A DNA stretch of 64,000 nucleotides from a virus: IMG/VR virus record IMGVR_UViG_3300020220_003261. One strand, written 5' to 3'. This document shows, piece after piece, positions 30,798 to 42,500 of this stretch; the first letter of the stretch is position 1; the number at the start of each line of letters is the position of its first letter. The notes under the pieces were generated by a model. It ran no database searches and was not told the DNA's origin. It saw only the letters and a program-made list of their open reading frames with translations. Both the position numbers and the translations under genes were made by a program.

Positions 30798-31784
30798 ATG
30801 GCAATTAAGAAAAATAGTTTTGACGCGATAAAGAAAAAGTTCTCTAAAGAAGCTGAATATAAACCAGATAGATTTTTGGATTTGGGTGATGCATTTTTAG
30901 ATGCAACGGGTATACCTGGTCCAGCAATAGGACATATCAATATGTTATTAGGACATAGTGACACCGGAAAAACAACAGCTTTAGTTAAAGCAGCCGTAGA
31001 TGCACAAAAGAAAGGTATTATTCCTGTTTATATTATTACAGAACAAAAATGGAATTGGGATCATGCGGTTTTAATGGGTTTTGATAAAGATTCAGACTAT
31101 CTTTTTAATAGTGATTTTGAATATATTGAACAAATTACAGATTATATTAATCAAGTATTAGATGCACAAGATAAAGGAGAAATAGATGCCGATCTTTTAT
31201 TTCTTTGGGATTCTGTTGGATCTGTTCCATGTAAAATGACGTGGGAAGGTAAAGGTGGTAAACAACATAATGCATCTGTGTTATCTGATAAAATCGGAAT
31301 GGGAATCAACCAACGTATCTCAGGATCAAGAAGAGCAGATAAAAAACATACCAATACTTTGATTATTGTTAACCAACCATGGGTTGAATTACCTGATAAT
31401 CCATTTGGACAACCAAAAATCAAAGCCAAGGGTGGAGAGTCAATTTGGTTGAACTCAACTTTAGTTTTCCGTTTCGGAAATGAAAAAAATGCGGGAACAA
31501 CAAAGATAAAGTTGACAAAAAATAAAAGAGAAATCAATATTGCTACAAGAACTAAAATTACCATCATGAAAAATCACGTTAATGGTTTGGGGTTTGCGGA
31601 TGGTAAAATTATGGTCACACCACATGGATTTATGATGGCAAAAGATAATATCGAAGAAAAGGCGTCAAGAGAAATTTACATTAAGGACAACTTGGATTAC
31701 ATCAGTAAATTATTTGGTGAACAAGTTTCAGATATTAGTGAACTAGGATTTAAAACAGAAACCTCATCAGAAGATGATGAATAA
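30798..31784 (+). CDS. recA: RecA/UvsX-like recombinase
   Basis: Walker A GHSDTGKTT, TEQKW, Walker B FLWDSVG, IVNQ, KGGESI, KNHV. Confidence 0.9.
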   Translation: MAIKKNSFDAIKKKFSKEAEYKPDRFLDLGDAFLDATGIPGPAIGHINMLLGHSDTGKTTALVKAAVDAQKKGIIPVYIITEQKWNWDHAVLMGFDKDSDYLFNSDFEYIEQITDYINQVLDAQDKGEIDADLLFLWDSVGSVPCKMTWEGKGGKQHNASVLSDKIGMGINQRISGSRRADKKHTNTLIIVNQPWVELPDNPFGQPKIKAKGGESIWLNSTLVFRFGNEKNAGTTKIKLTKNKREINIATRTKITIMKNHVNGLGFADGKIMVTPHGFMMAKDNIEEKASREIYIKDNLDYISKLFGEQVSDISELGFKTETSSEDDE

Positions 31785-31795
31785 ACAAAGTATTA

Positions 31796-32815
31796 ATGTC
31801 TGTATTATTAGTAGATGGAGATAATTTACTCACGATTGGTTTTTATGGTCTCAAAAATTATTTCTTTAAAGGAAAGCATATTGGAGCAATTTATCATTTT
31901 ATTAATACTCTTAGGAGAGCGTTTGAAACATATCATTTAGATAAAATAGTTGTTTTTTGGGACGGAGAAGATGGGTCTCAATCAAGGAAAAAAATCTATC
32001 ACCTTTATAAAGAAAATAGAAAATCAAGATTAAGAACAGACGAAGAGATCGATTCATATAATACTCAAAGAATAAGAGTAAAACAATACTTAGAAGAATT
32101 ATATGTTAGACAAGGTGAGTTTCCTTTGTGTGAAACAGATGATTGTATTGCATATTATATTCAACAATCTCCTAATGAAAATATAACAATATATTCTGCT
32201 GATGGAGATTTAACTCAATTAGTTTCTGAGAATATTCAGATATATAATCCCTCCCATCAAAAAGTCTACAAAAAAAACGACACAATTTTATACGATCACC
32301 AAGAAATTAAAGTTGAAAATATTAAAATAGTTAAAATTCTTTGTGGAGATCCATCTGATAATATTTCTGGAATTAAAAATTTGGGTATTAGAAGATTACT
32401 ATCACTTTTTCCCGAATTGAAAGAAAGAAAAGTGACCTTATCAGAGATTAAAGAAAAATCCAATTTGTTGTTTGAAGAAGATAAAAACAATTGGTTAATT
32501 AAAAATCTTTTGACTGGTGTAACCAAACACGGTGTATTTGGTGAAGAGTTTTTTTACATAAATGAACGTATTGTTAGTTTGGAAGAACCATTCTTAACTG
32601 ATGAGGCAATGAGAACAATTTTAGAATTAATAAATGAAAACTTGGACCCCGAAGGTCGATCATATAAAAACACTATGAAAATGATGATGGAAGACGGTTT
32701 GTTTCAAATATTACCGAAATCCGATGATGCTTGGATAAACTTCCTGAATCCATTTCTTAGATTAACAAGGAAAGAAAAAAATAAAAGAATAATTAAAATT
32801 AAAAACTATGAGTAA
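31796..32815 (+). CDS. 5'-3' exonuclease / T4 RNase H-like flap endonuclease
   Basis: LLVDGDNL, VFWDG, YKENR, ETDDCIA, SADGDL.QL, GDPSDNISGI..LG. Confidence 0.93.
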   Translation: MSVLLVDGDNLLTIGFYGLKNYFFKGKHIGAIYHFINTLRRAFETYHLDKIVVFWDGEDGSQSRKKIYHLYKENRKSRLRTDEEIDSYNTQRIRVKQYLEELYVRQGEFPLCETDDCIAYYIQQSPNENITIYSADGDLTQLVSENIQIYNPSHQKVYKKNDTILYDHQEIKVENIKIVKILCGDPSDNISGIKNLGIRRLLSLFPELKERKVTLSEIKEKSNLLFEEDKNNWLIKNLLTGVTKHGVFGEEFFYINERIVSLEEPFLTDEAMRTILELINENLDPEGRSYKNTMKMMMEDGLFQILPKSDDAWINFLNPFLRLTRKEKNKRIIKIKNYE

Positions 32816-33254
32816 CCAAGAAAACGTAACCAAATTTGAATTTTTATTAACATTAGATGGTCACATTGTTTGTCAAAGATACTTCAATGTGAAAGAACAT
32901 GTTGTTCAGTCAAGAAGATCCATGGATCTTCACGAATATGTAAAAAATATTTGTGAAGAAATTGCTTACGATTTGAAAATAAAAAGTTCCAATTATCTAT
33001 GTGAGAATCAAAATTTTTTCCTAAATTCTGATGTTGTGGAAGAAACAAAAGTTGCCGAAAAAGAAGAATTTTTATTGCAAATTAAGCTAGGCGATGACGT
33101 ATTTATTTCTAGAATATTTCCTGCATATTACTATCATCCTAAAGTTAGGTATACGGTAGATATTCGCCCAAAACTTAAGAGAATTTTGTCAGAATTGACT
33201 GACATTTTATCATCTGAAGAATTGGAAACAACTTATTTACAATACGAATTATAA
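32808..33254 (+). CDS. Hypothetical protein in the replication operon
   Basis: 148-aa ORF overlapping the exonuclease stop; no motif recognised. Confidence 0.7.
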   Translation: MSNQENVTKFEFLLTLDGHIVCQRYFNVKEHVVQSRRSMDLHEYVKNICEEIAYDLKIKSSNYLCENQNFFLNSDVVEETKVAEKEEFLLQIKLGDDVFISRIFPAYYYHPKVRYTVDIRPKLKRILSELTDILSSEELETTYLQYEL

Positions 33255-33279
33255 AAATAGAACATATATATTAAATTTT

Positions 33280-34659
33280 ATGCAAGAAAGAAATTTTGGA
33301 CAATTAGGATTTTCATTTCAACAATCATTAATTAAGGCAATTATCGAAGATAAAAAGTATGGTGAAACTATTATTGATGTATTAGAAAGTAAGTATTTTG
33401 AAAATAACTCTTTTAAATTTATCATGGAAAACATTAAAGAGTTATTCAAACAATTTAATAAAATCCCCGATTATAATACCGTAGCACAGAAAATTATGTC
33501 GGAGAATGGTAGTAGAGACAACAACTCAAATGTTCACATTGACACCCTTGAAAATATAAAACTGTCAAACAATGATATTGAATTTCCAAAGGTGACGGCA
33601 TTAAATTTTTGTAAACAACAGAATTTAAAACGTGTGTTGAAAAATGTCCAAAGTATAATCGAGAATGGTGAATTCGAATCTTATAACACAATTGAGGAAG
33701 AAATAAAGGGGGCATTACAAGTTGGTGTAACTAACGAAGAAGCTTTTGATGTTTTCCATAATATTGATGAAGCATTAGAAAAAGAAAATAGACATCCGAT
33801 TTCTCTTGGTGTTACAGGTTTGGATAACTTATTAAATGGTGGTTTAGGAAGAGGTGAATTAGGTGTCGTGTTAGCACCAACTGGAACAGGTAAAACAACA
33901 CTTTTAACAAAATTTGCAAACACCGCTTTTAATTTAGGTTTCAATGTCGTTCAAATATTTTTTGAGGACAATTCTGGTAATATTAAAAGAAAACATTACA
34001 CAATTTGGTCAGGTGTTCCATCGGATCAACAACCTTTTTTAAAAGAAGAAGTTAAAGAAAAAGTCGACCAAGCACAAAAAAGATCAAAAGGTTCTATTAA
34101 ACTTCTTAAATTACCTTCAGACAATGTGACAATTTCTGAAATTAAATCAAGACTTAGAAAGATGATTTCAGAAGGTTTTAAGATAGATCTCCTTATCATA
34201 GACTACGTAGATTGTATTAGTCCTGAGAGAGTCGCTTTCGGTGAAGAATGGAAAGGAGAAGGGTCAATTATGAGAAGTTTGGAGGCTATGACGGGTGAAT
34301 TTGATATAGCAATATGGACAGCAACTCAAGGTAATCGTGAATCAATATCCTCTGATGTAGTTACAGGTGACCAAATGGGAGGATCAATCAAAAAGGCACA
34401 AATAGCTCACGTAATTGTTTCTATTGCAAAATCTTTGGAACAAAAAGAGAATAATATCGCAACATTGACACTATTGAAATCACGTATAGGTAAAGATGGT
34501 GTAATATTTACTAATTGTAAATTTAACAATGAATTATTGATAATTGATACAGATATACAAACAACATTACTTGGTCACGAAGAACAAAAAGTTCAAAAAA
34601 ATGTGAATAGAGCCACAGAAGCATTCCATAGAAGACAACAAGTAATTAATAATAAATAA
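33280..34659 (+). CDS. dnaB: Replicative DnaB/gp41-like helicase
   Basis: GGLGRGEL, Walker A APTGTGKTT, IIDYVD, WTATQGNR, KSRIG. Confidence 0.95.
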   Translation: MQERNFGQLGFSFQQSLIKAIIEDKKYGETIIDVLESKYFENNSFKFIMENIKELFKQFNKIPDYNTVAQKIMSENGSRDNNSNVHIDTLENIKLSNNDIEFPKVTALNFCKQQNLKRVLKNVQSIIENGEFESYNTIEEEIKGALQVGVTNEEAFDVFHNIDEALEKENRHPISLGVTGLDNLLNGGLGRGELGVVLAPTGTGKTTLLTKFANTAFNLGFNVVQIFFEDNSGNIKRKHYTIWSGVPSDQQPFLKEEVKEKVDQAQKRSKGSIKLLKLPSDNVTISEIKSRLRKMISEGFKIDLLIIDYVDCISPERVAFGEEWKGEGSIMRSLEAMTGEFDIAIWTATQGNRESISSDVVTGDQMGGSIKKAQIAHVIVSIAKSLEQKENNIATLTLLKSRIGKDGVIFTNCKFNNELLIIDTDIQTTLLGHEEQKVQKNVNRATEAFHRRQQVINNK

Positions 34660-34678
34660 AATATAAAAAAAAGTAGAA

Positions 34679-36940
34679 ATGCAGAAAGGAAAAAAGTTTC
34701 TAAGTGATTTAAAGTTACACTCGGATTATTTTAAATGGTTAGAAGAAAAGGGTAGGTATGAAACATGGGATGAAGCGTGTGAAAACATAATAGATGGTCA
34801 TAGAAAAAAATATGTTGATTATTCGAAAGAAATTGAACCATACTTACAATCTGCTTTAGAAAGTATAAAAGACCAAGCTGTTTTGGCCTCCCAAAGAAAT
34901 CTACAATATAGACATGAACAAATAATGAAACATAACACGAGAATGTTTAATTGTACATCTGGTCAGATTACTCGTAATAGAGTGTTCCAAGAAATTTTTT
35001 ATTTGTCTCTAAGTGGATGTGGTTTCGGTGGTGGATTATTGATTCCATTTGTAAATAATTTAAGTAAACTACAAAGAAGAACGAAAGGAACAAAAACTTT
35101 TGTTATACAAGATAGTATAGAGGGTTGGGCAGATTCGTTGGGTGTATTAATGTCTTCTTACTTTGTTAATGATCAACCTTTTCCTGAATATGCAGGATAC
35201 GCGGTTAAATTTGATTATTCACAAATTAGAGAAAAGGGTTCATTTATAAGTGGTGGATTTAAAGCTCCCGGTCATGAAGGTTTAAAACAATCTTTAGAAA
35301 AAATTGAAACTTTAATTGAAAAGTGGATTACAAATGAAGGTGAAAAAATTAGACCAATTTTGGCATTTGACATTATTTGTCATTCTTCAGATGCGGTATT
35401 ATCAGGTGGTGTAAGACGTTCGGCACTCAATATGATCGTCGATCCTAATGATGATGAAATGATACATGCTAAAACTGGCAACTGGTTCACTGAAAATCCA
35501 CAAAGAGGTAGAAGTAACAATTCAGTTTTACTTTTAAGAAGTGAAGTAACAAAAGAACAATTTGATTACTTAGTAAAATTGAATGATGGTGCAAATGATA
35601 TTGGATTTGTTTTCGCAAATAGTTGGTTTGATATGTTTAATCCATGTTTTGAAATTTTGAAAATTCCTGTATTAGACAATATAGATTTTTCAAAAATACA
35701 CTATGATGATATCGAATTATATGTAAAAAAGAATAAAAATAAATTTGGAATACAAGGTTGTAATTTGACAGAAATAAATGCCGAAAAATGTTCAACTAAA
35801 GATAAATTTTTGAAAGCGTGTAAAGACGCATCTATTTTAGGAACATTACAAGCGGGATATACAAATTTTCCATATTTAGGTGAAACGTCTAAAAAAATAT
35901 TCGAAAGAGAGGCTTTATTAGGTGTTAGTATTACTGGTTGGATGAATAATCCTAAATTATTTAACGAAGAGTTATTAGAAGAGGGTGCACAAGTAGTTAA
36001 GGAAACCAATAAAGAGGTTGCATTTTTAATTGATATAAATCAAGCAGCAAGAACTACATGTGTTAAACCATCGGGTAACGCGTCGGTTGTTTTAGGTACA
36101 GCATCAGGTATACATCCAGAACATTCTGAGAAGTATTTTCGTATTATGCAGTTAAACAAAGAAAGTAATACTGCTAAATGGTTAACAGATAATATGTCGT
36201 TTTTACTCGAAGAAAGTGTTTGGTCATCAACAAAAAGTGATTATGTTGTTTTCGTACCAGTTGAAAATCCTAAAAATGGATTATTCAAAAAAGATATGAA
36301 GGGTACTAAACATCTTGAGTTAATCAAGTTAGTCCAACAACATTGGGTTAATGCGGGAACAAATCCTGAGTTATGCACATATAGTCCTGTAAATCATAAT
36401 ACTTCTTGTACTGTTATTATTGACGATAAAGATGTAATTGTTGATTACATATGGGATAATATAAACTTTTTTACCGCGGTAAGTTTTATATCTGATTATG
36501 GTGATAAAGATTTCAATCAAGCACCATTTACATCTGTTTTGAATCTTGATGAGATTGTTGCATCATATGGTAAGGGATCAATTTTAGCTTCGGGTCTCGT
36601 TGTGGATGGGTTACATTATTTTAATAACAATTTATGGTCGGCATGTGATCATCTGTTAGATAACACTATTCCAATAACAGGTAATAGAGAACAAGTGTTA
36701 TTGAAAAAATATTGGATAGAAAGAGCTAAAAAGTTTGCGAAAAACTATTTTAAAGGTGATTTGAAAAAAATGGTTTATTGCTTAAAAGATGTTCATTTAT
36801 TCCATAAATGGGAAACAGTAACACGTCAGTTTAAAGAAGTTAATTTTGGTGAAATTTTAGATAAACCACAATATAAAGATGTAAGTGATTTTGCATCTAT
36901 GGCTTGTAGTGGAGGATCTTGTGAAATTACTAAAATATGA
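34679..36940 (+). CDS. nrdJ: Class II (B12-dependent) ribonucleotide reductase
   Basis: FNCT, RRSA, GRSNNS, NPCFEI, CNLTEIN, TTCVKPSGN, C-terminal ACSGGSCEI; no small-subunit gene adjacent. Confidence 0.88.
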   Translation: MQKGKKFLSDLKLHSDYFKWLEEKGRYETWDEACENIIDGHRKKYVDYSKEIEPYLQSALESIKDQAVLASQRNLQYRHEQIMKHNTRMFNCTSGQITRNRVFQEIFYLSLSGCGFGGGLLIPFVNNLSKLQRRTKGTKTFVIQDSIEGWADSLGVLMSSYFVNDQPFPEYAGYAVKFDYSQIREKGSFISGGFKAPGHEGLKQSLEKIETLIEKWITNEGEKIRPILAFDIICHSSDAVLSGGVRRSALNMIVDPNDDEMIHAKTGNWFTENPQRGRSNNSVLLLRSEVTKEQFDYLVKLNDGANDIGFVFANSWFDMFNPCFEILKIPVLDNIDFSKIHYDDIELYVKKNKNKFGIQGCNLTEINAEKCSTKDKFLKACKDASILGTLQAGYTNFPYLGETSKKIFEREALLGVSITGWMNNPKLFNEELLEEGAQVVKETNKEVAFLIDINQAARTTCVKPSGNASVVLGTASGIHPEHSEKYFRIMQLNKESNTAKWLTDNMSFLLEESVWSSTKSDYVVFVPVENPKNGLFKKDMKGTKHLELIKLVQQHWVNAGTNPELCTYSPVNHNTSCTVIIDDKDVIVDYIWDNINFFTAVSFISDYGDKDFNQAPFTSVLNLDEIVASYGKGSILASGLVVDGLHYFNNNLWSACDHLLDNTIPITGNREQVLLKKYWIERAKKFAKNYFKGDLKKMVYCLKDVHLFHKWETVTRQFKEVNFGEILDKPQYKDVSDFASMACSGGSCEITKI

Positions 36941-37152
36941 GTAAATTAATTGTGGGTGAAGATTATACAATAGAGGAGAAGTCGGGATTATTGGTCCTGA
37001 CTTCTTTTTTTTTGACTAAAAGAGGATATTGTTGTGGTAATAAATGTATAAATTGTCCATATAAACCCGAATCAATGAACGGTAATAAAATATTGGGTAA
37101 CCCTGATTTATTTAAGGATAGATTAAATACACCCAAGACTCGACAATATTAA
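36937..37152 (+). CDS. Cys-rich small protein (DUF5522-like)
   Basis: LTKRGYCCGNKCINCPY; ATGA-coupled to the RNR stop. Confidence 0.75.
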   Translation: MSKLIVGEDYTIEEKSGLLVLTSFFLTKRGYCCGNKCINCPYKPESMNGNKILGNPDLFKDRLNTPKTRQY

Positions 37153-37209
37153 GGGTGAATATCGAGTCACTATTTATTACAATTTTTTCAATCTTTATAT
37201 TTATTTCAT

Positions 37210-37662
37210 ATGGCTACAACATATGGAATAGATTTTCCCTTTAGGGATAGTAAAACAGGACAATATCTTTCTTTAACGAATACTCCCGAAAGAGAGGTTA
37301 GGGCCAATCTCATACATCTACTTTTAACAAAAAAGGGAAGTAGATATTTTTTACCAAATTTTGGAACAAGAATATACGAATACATTTTTGAACAAAATGA
37401 CATAGTTTCTTTTAACTTAATAGAAGATGAAATTAGAGAGGGAGTTAGAAAGTTTATACCGAATTTAGACATAAATTCAATTACCATAAACTCAGCGGAA
37501 TTGGATCCTGAACAAGATAGAACATTTTCTCAAGAGGAAGATGAAAGATTATTTAGAGTTTCAGATTTTTCAAATAAACCATATACCGCAAAAGTTAGAA
37601 TAGATTACACAGTAAATAACGCCGCCTTTTCTTCTTCTGATTTTATAATTATTAATATATAA
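37210..37662 (+). CDS. Baseplate wedge subunit (gp25/GPW-like)
   Basis: GIDFPF, NLIHLLLTKKGSRYFLPNFGTRIYEYIFE; TATTTAT at 37198-37204. Confidence 0.9.
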   Translation: MATTYGIDFPFRDSKTGQYLSLTNTPEREVRANLIHLLLTKKGSRYFLPNFGTRIYEYIFEQNDIVSFNLIEDEIREGVRKFIPNLDINSITINSAELDPEQDRTFSQEEDERLFRVSDFSNKPYTAKVRIDYTVNNAAFSSSDFIIINI

Positions 37663-37663
37663 A

Positions 37664-39496
37664 ATGGCAAAAAAAATATCATACGCAGTAAGGGACTTCG
37701 CAGGATTAAGACAAGAATTGGTTAATATGACCAAAGAATATTATCCTGATTTAGTAAAAAATACAAATGACGCATCAATTTTTTCAGTATTGTTGGATTT
37801 AAACGCCGCTGTAACTGATAATCTACATTTTCATATTGATAGAGTTTGGCAAGAAACAACACTAGATTTCGCACAACAAAGACAATCATTGTTTCATATT
37901 GCAAAAACATATGGTATGAAAATTCCTGGTAATAGACCATCAGTATCTTTAAGTGATTTTTCAATAAATGTTCCTGTCTCGGGAGATAAGGAAGATGTTA
38001 GATATTTAGGAGTGTTAAAGGCTGGTGCACAAGTATCAGGTGGAGGACAAGTTTTTGAAACAATTGAAGATATTGATTTTTCAAGTCCATTTAATTCAAA
38101 AGGAGAAGTAAACAGATTAAAAATTCCAAATTTTGACGCAAACGATAGATTAATATCATATACTATTACCAAGAGAGAAGCGGTTGTGAATGGGGTTACA
38201 AGAATATTCAGAAGAGTTATTACTGAAATTGATCAAAAACCATTTTTAAAACTTTATTTACCTGAAACGAATATTTTAGGAATAGTCTCAGTCATTCATA
38301 AAGATGGAACTACTTTTGCGGGTAATCCAACTTCCACTGAATTTAATACAAGCTCGAATAAATGGTATGAAGTTAAATCGTTAATAGAAGATAAAGTTTT
38401 TGTTCCAGATTCAACATCAGCATCAGATAGAGATAATTTTAAATCCGGTAATTACGTTAGAGTTACTAATAAATTTATAACAGAATACACACCTGAAAGT
38501 TTTTTTTCATTGACATTTGGATCAGGAAACATTGACCCAATGAGTAATTTAGATGATTTTATGTCAGGAGATTTAAAAGTTAATTTGTCAACTTATTTAA
38601 ATAATATATCATTAGGTAGTTTACCTAAACCTAACACAACAATTTTTGTAAAATATAGAATCGGTGGTGGTAAAAATTCTAATTTAGGTGTTGATGTAAT
38701 AACAAGTATTGATGATATTGAATTCGAAGTAAATGGACCACTATCAAATGTTAATACACAAGTTGTCAATTCTTTAACAGTAAGAAATGTTACACCGGCA
38801 ATTGGAGGTTCTGATCAACCTACAATAGAGGAGATTAGAAATATGATCGCATACAACTTTGCAGCACAAAACAGAGCGGTAACATTAAATGATTATAAAT
38901 CATTAATTGAAACAATGCCGTCAACTTATGGTGCACCAGCTAAAGTAAATGTATTGGAGGAAGATAATAAAATTAAAATTAAATTATTGTCTTATGACGA
39001 TAAAGGTAATTTAACTGATGTAGTATCAAATACTTTGAAAAACAATATTTTAAATTATCTTTCAGAATTTAGAATGATAAATGATTATATTGAAATACAA
39101 AGTGGTGAAGTAATTGATTTAAGTTTAGAAATTGATTTAATTATAGATAAAAATGAATCAAGATCTGATGTAATTAGAGAGACAATAAACAAAACATCAC
39201 AATTTTTTGCAATAGAAAAAAGAAAAATGGGTGATCCTTTGTTTGTTGGTGATCTATCGAGAGAAATTGGTAATGTCGGTGGAGTAACAAATGTTGTAGA
39301 AATAAGAGTTTTTAATAAAATAGGTGGCGAATATTCATCATCACAAGTTACCCAACAATATAAAAATCCTGTGACAAAAGAAATTTTACAATCTGACATG
39401 ACTATTTTTATGAAAGCAAACCAAATTTATCAAATTAGGTTTCCTAATGTAGATATTAAGGTTAGGGTTAGATCCTTAGGTTCAACTACATTTTAA
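37664..39496 (+). CDS. Baseplate wedge subunit (gp6/baseplate J-like)
   Basis: RDF..LR..L, AQQRQSL..IA...G, FG.G, YRIGGG...N, AQNRAVT..DY. Confidence 0.9.
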   Translation: MAKKISYAVRDFAGLRQELVNMTKEYYPDLVKNTNDASIFSVLLDLNAAVTDNLHFHIDRVWQETTLDFAQQRQSLFHIAKTYGMKIPGNRPSVSLSDFSINVPVSGDKEDVRYLGVLKAGAQVSGGGQVFETIEDIDFSSPFNSKGEVNRLKIPNFDANDRLISYTITKREAVVNGVTRIFRRVITEIDQKPFLKLYLPETNILGIVSVIHKDGTTFAGNPTSTEFNTSSNKWYEVKSLIEDKVFVPDSTSASDRDNFKSGNYVRVTNKFITEYTPESFFSLTFGSGNIDPMSNLDDFMSGDLKVNLSTYLNNISLGSLPKPNTTIFVKYRIGGGKNSNLGVDVITSIDDIEFEVNGPLSNVNTQVVNSLTVRNVTPAIGGSDQPTIEEIRNMIAYNFAAQNRAVTLNDYKSLIETMPSTYGAPAKVNVLEEDNKIKIKLLSYDDKGNLTDVVSNTLKNNILNYLSEFRMINDYIEIQSGEVIDLSLEIDLIIDKNESRSDVIRETINKTSQFFAIEKRKMGDPLFVGDLSREIGNVGGVTNVVEIRVFNKIGGEYSSSQVTQQYKNPVTKEILQSDMTIFMKANQIYQIRFPNVDIKVRVRSLGSTTF

Positions 39497-39550
39497 TTAG
39501 ATTTTTATTTATAATAATAGAAATTTCCATGCTTTCTATTTATTATAAGA

Positions 39551-42500
39551 ATGATACAAAAACATAGAATTGCGACAAATATAGGGGTAGACCAAAAAGT
39601 AATTGTAGAATTGAAACAAAACTACGATTTACTAGAAATCTTGTCTTTAAAATTTAGTCAAAAACAAACCTATACTTCACTATGTTCCGATTATGGAGTT
39701 GTTTGTGGTAGAATTTCGGTAAATAATGGATTTGGAATACCGAATGCAAGAGTTTCAATTTTTATTCCTTTGTCAGATATGGATGAAAACGATCCGGTTG
39801 TATCTGCATTATACCCATACAAATCCCCAACAGAAAAAAATGACAATGGTTTAAGATATAATTTATTACCAGAAAGGAAGCAACATGGTGGACATGAACC
39901 TGTTGGTTCTTTTTTTGATCAGAGTGACGTTTTGAATAATGAGTCAAAATTAGAAGTGTTTGAAAAATATTATTCATATACGGTAAAAACAAATGATGCT
40001 GGTGATTTTATGATTTGGGGAGTTCCAATAGGACCACAAATATTACATGTTGATATTGATTTGTCCGATATAAGTTGTTTTTCACTTAGGCCCGATGATT
40101 TTATAAGACAAGGTATTGGAGTAGACCAATTTAAAAACACATATACTTTTAAGTCATCAACAGATTTATCTACATTACCACAAATAGTATCTTTTGACAA
40201 ATCAATTGAAGTTTTCTCTTTTTGGGGAAATGTCGATTTATGTGAAATTGGAATTACTAGAACTGATTTTGATTTATCCGATGAGGGGGTAAAGGTTGAA
40301 CCTAAAGCTTATTTACTTGGTTCAGTATTTTCAGATCAAGGTAACAATTCTGTTAATAAAAACTGCACACCAAAAAACACAATGGGATATAAATGTAATT
40401 TAACATCGGATCCCGCAGTTATTGAGGTATTGAGATTCACAAGTAAAAAAGATATAAATAACAGACCAATACTTGAACTCTATGAAATTAATGAAGATGT
40501 AGATGATAGTGGATCATTTGTATTAACATTACCAATGAATATGGATTATGTTTACACAAATGAATTTGGCGAAAATGAAATAACTAATGATCCTAATAAA
40601 GGTATACCAACATCAGGTTGTTATAGATTTAGAATATCAACAAAAAACGAATCAGTAGGTAGAGTAAGAACAACCGCGTCTTATTTGGTACCTAATATAA
40701 GAGAATTTGAAAATGAAATAGATAAATCATATGCGTGGTCAACAGATTGGAGTGATTATCCAATAGGTGCAACAAATAATTCAATTATTTTTTATAGTGA
40801 AAATGGGAGATATTACCCTAAAGATTATTTTTATCGATTGACTTATAATAAAGTATATTCTGTATCATCTTTCATGGGTTCATATTTTAGCTCAAGTGGT
40901 GGTGGGAGAGATACTTTCTTAGGAATAAAAGAAATTTCACCAAAAAAAGAAGATGATTGTGAAGAAAACGTTGTTACACCACCAATAAATTTTGGTATAG
41001 AAAAATTCACATTTGCAATTCTTATTGCAACCATTTTGAATATATTTGAGAGATTAATATATTATGCTTTTATTGCTGCTGTTCAAATTTTAATAATACC
41101 ATTTCAAGCTTTATATAATTTTAGAATTAGAATAAGAGCATTTCGTGTCACAATAATTGATTGGAGACCATTTGAATTTTTAGATAGAGCGGTAATAGAA
41201 CCATTACAAAGATTTGGAACTGTTAGATTAGGTATAGCAATTTATCCGGATTGTGAAACTTGTGATAATTTAGATTATGTAAATGAACTCCCCAATACAA
41301 ACGAAGACCCCGCATTACTATTTACCGAGATTGCAAGTGGAACTGCAATACCTGACAATTATATGGTAACATATGGATGTGCAGGATATACAGACGATGA
41401 TCCTTCATTGACTAGACTTTATTTTGTAATACCTGGTGGAACATGTTCGCCAGCATCAGATGTTGAACCAACGTTTTTGGCTTCATATAATTTGACTATG
41501 TTAATAAACGAACCATCAAGATTTGTTGTCAAATTCAATAATAGTCAACTTTATGATACCTTAGTGTTGAATCAAGAAATTATTAATGGTATAACTACAC
41601 ACTATTTTGATGATTATGTTAAATGTTCATATACAAATAACAGGTTAAATGAACCAACAGAACCAATAACATATAAAATATATGATAAAAACTCTTTATT
41701 ATTAGGTGGAAGTGGTGGAAGTGGTTTACAAAGTGAACTTCAAGGCGGTTGTCAACAATACGTTTCAGTCTATAGAGAAAATATTGTTAGTCATAGTTAT
41801 TGTGTTGTAGATCCATCGATATCATATAATTCACTTACTACGTCAAATTTAGTTTTAGGATCATCATGTCCACCTGATAAAATTAATGTTGGACAAGTTA
41901 TTAGAAATGTAGATGCAAATCCGTGTGGTACGTGTGGAACCAAAAGTGGGTATTCTGAATTTAGATTTGGTTTGTTCACTATTATTCCAGCAGCGAGTAC
42001 TAGAAATTGGGGTGTAAATTTTGACGCTATAACCGAATATGCAATAAGAAAACTTGTTGCCAAGTTATTTTGTGAGGGATATGTAAACTATTCATTTATT
42101 GACAACTGGTTGACCGGTGCATTATATATATTTCCATTTAAATCAAAAGTTAGATGGGATAATGAGGAAGAACTTGATTTAAATTATAGAAGAACAAAGT
42201 ATTGTGATAATTTAGTTTATTACAAAGTAGGAACAATAAATAATCCTGATAAAAGATTTTATTATAGATCTACAAAATATATTTCGGGTAAATTTAACAG
42301 AAGTATTAAAAATACATTAGGTCATCCGACAACTATAGTTGATTTGGGACCAAGAGATGAATTTATTAAAGAAATTTGTGTAGATGCATCTGTAGATCCT
42401 AATTGTTCTATTGTTAGAAGTATAGGCCCCACATCATATCAAAATTTTAAAGAATTACTAGGACTTTATATAAATTATAAACTTGATTATTTGGGCCCTG

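Noticed and set aside
977-36940. Inteins or introns in polB, SNF2, recA, dnaB, nrdJ
   Set aside because: Lengths are normal, motifs are contiguous, and no C/S..HN splice or LAGLIDADG signatures were seen.
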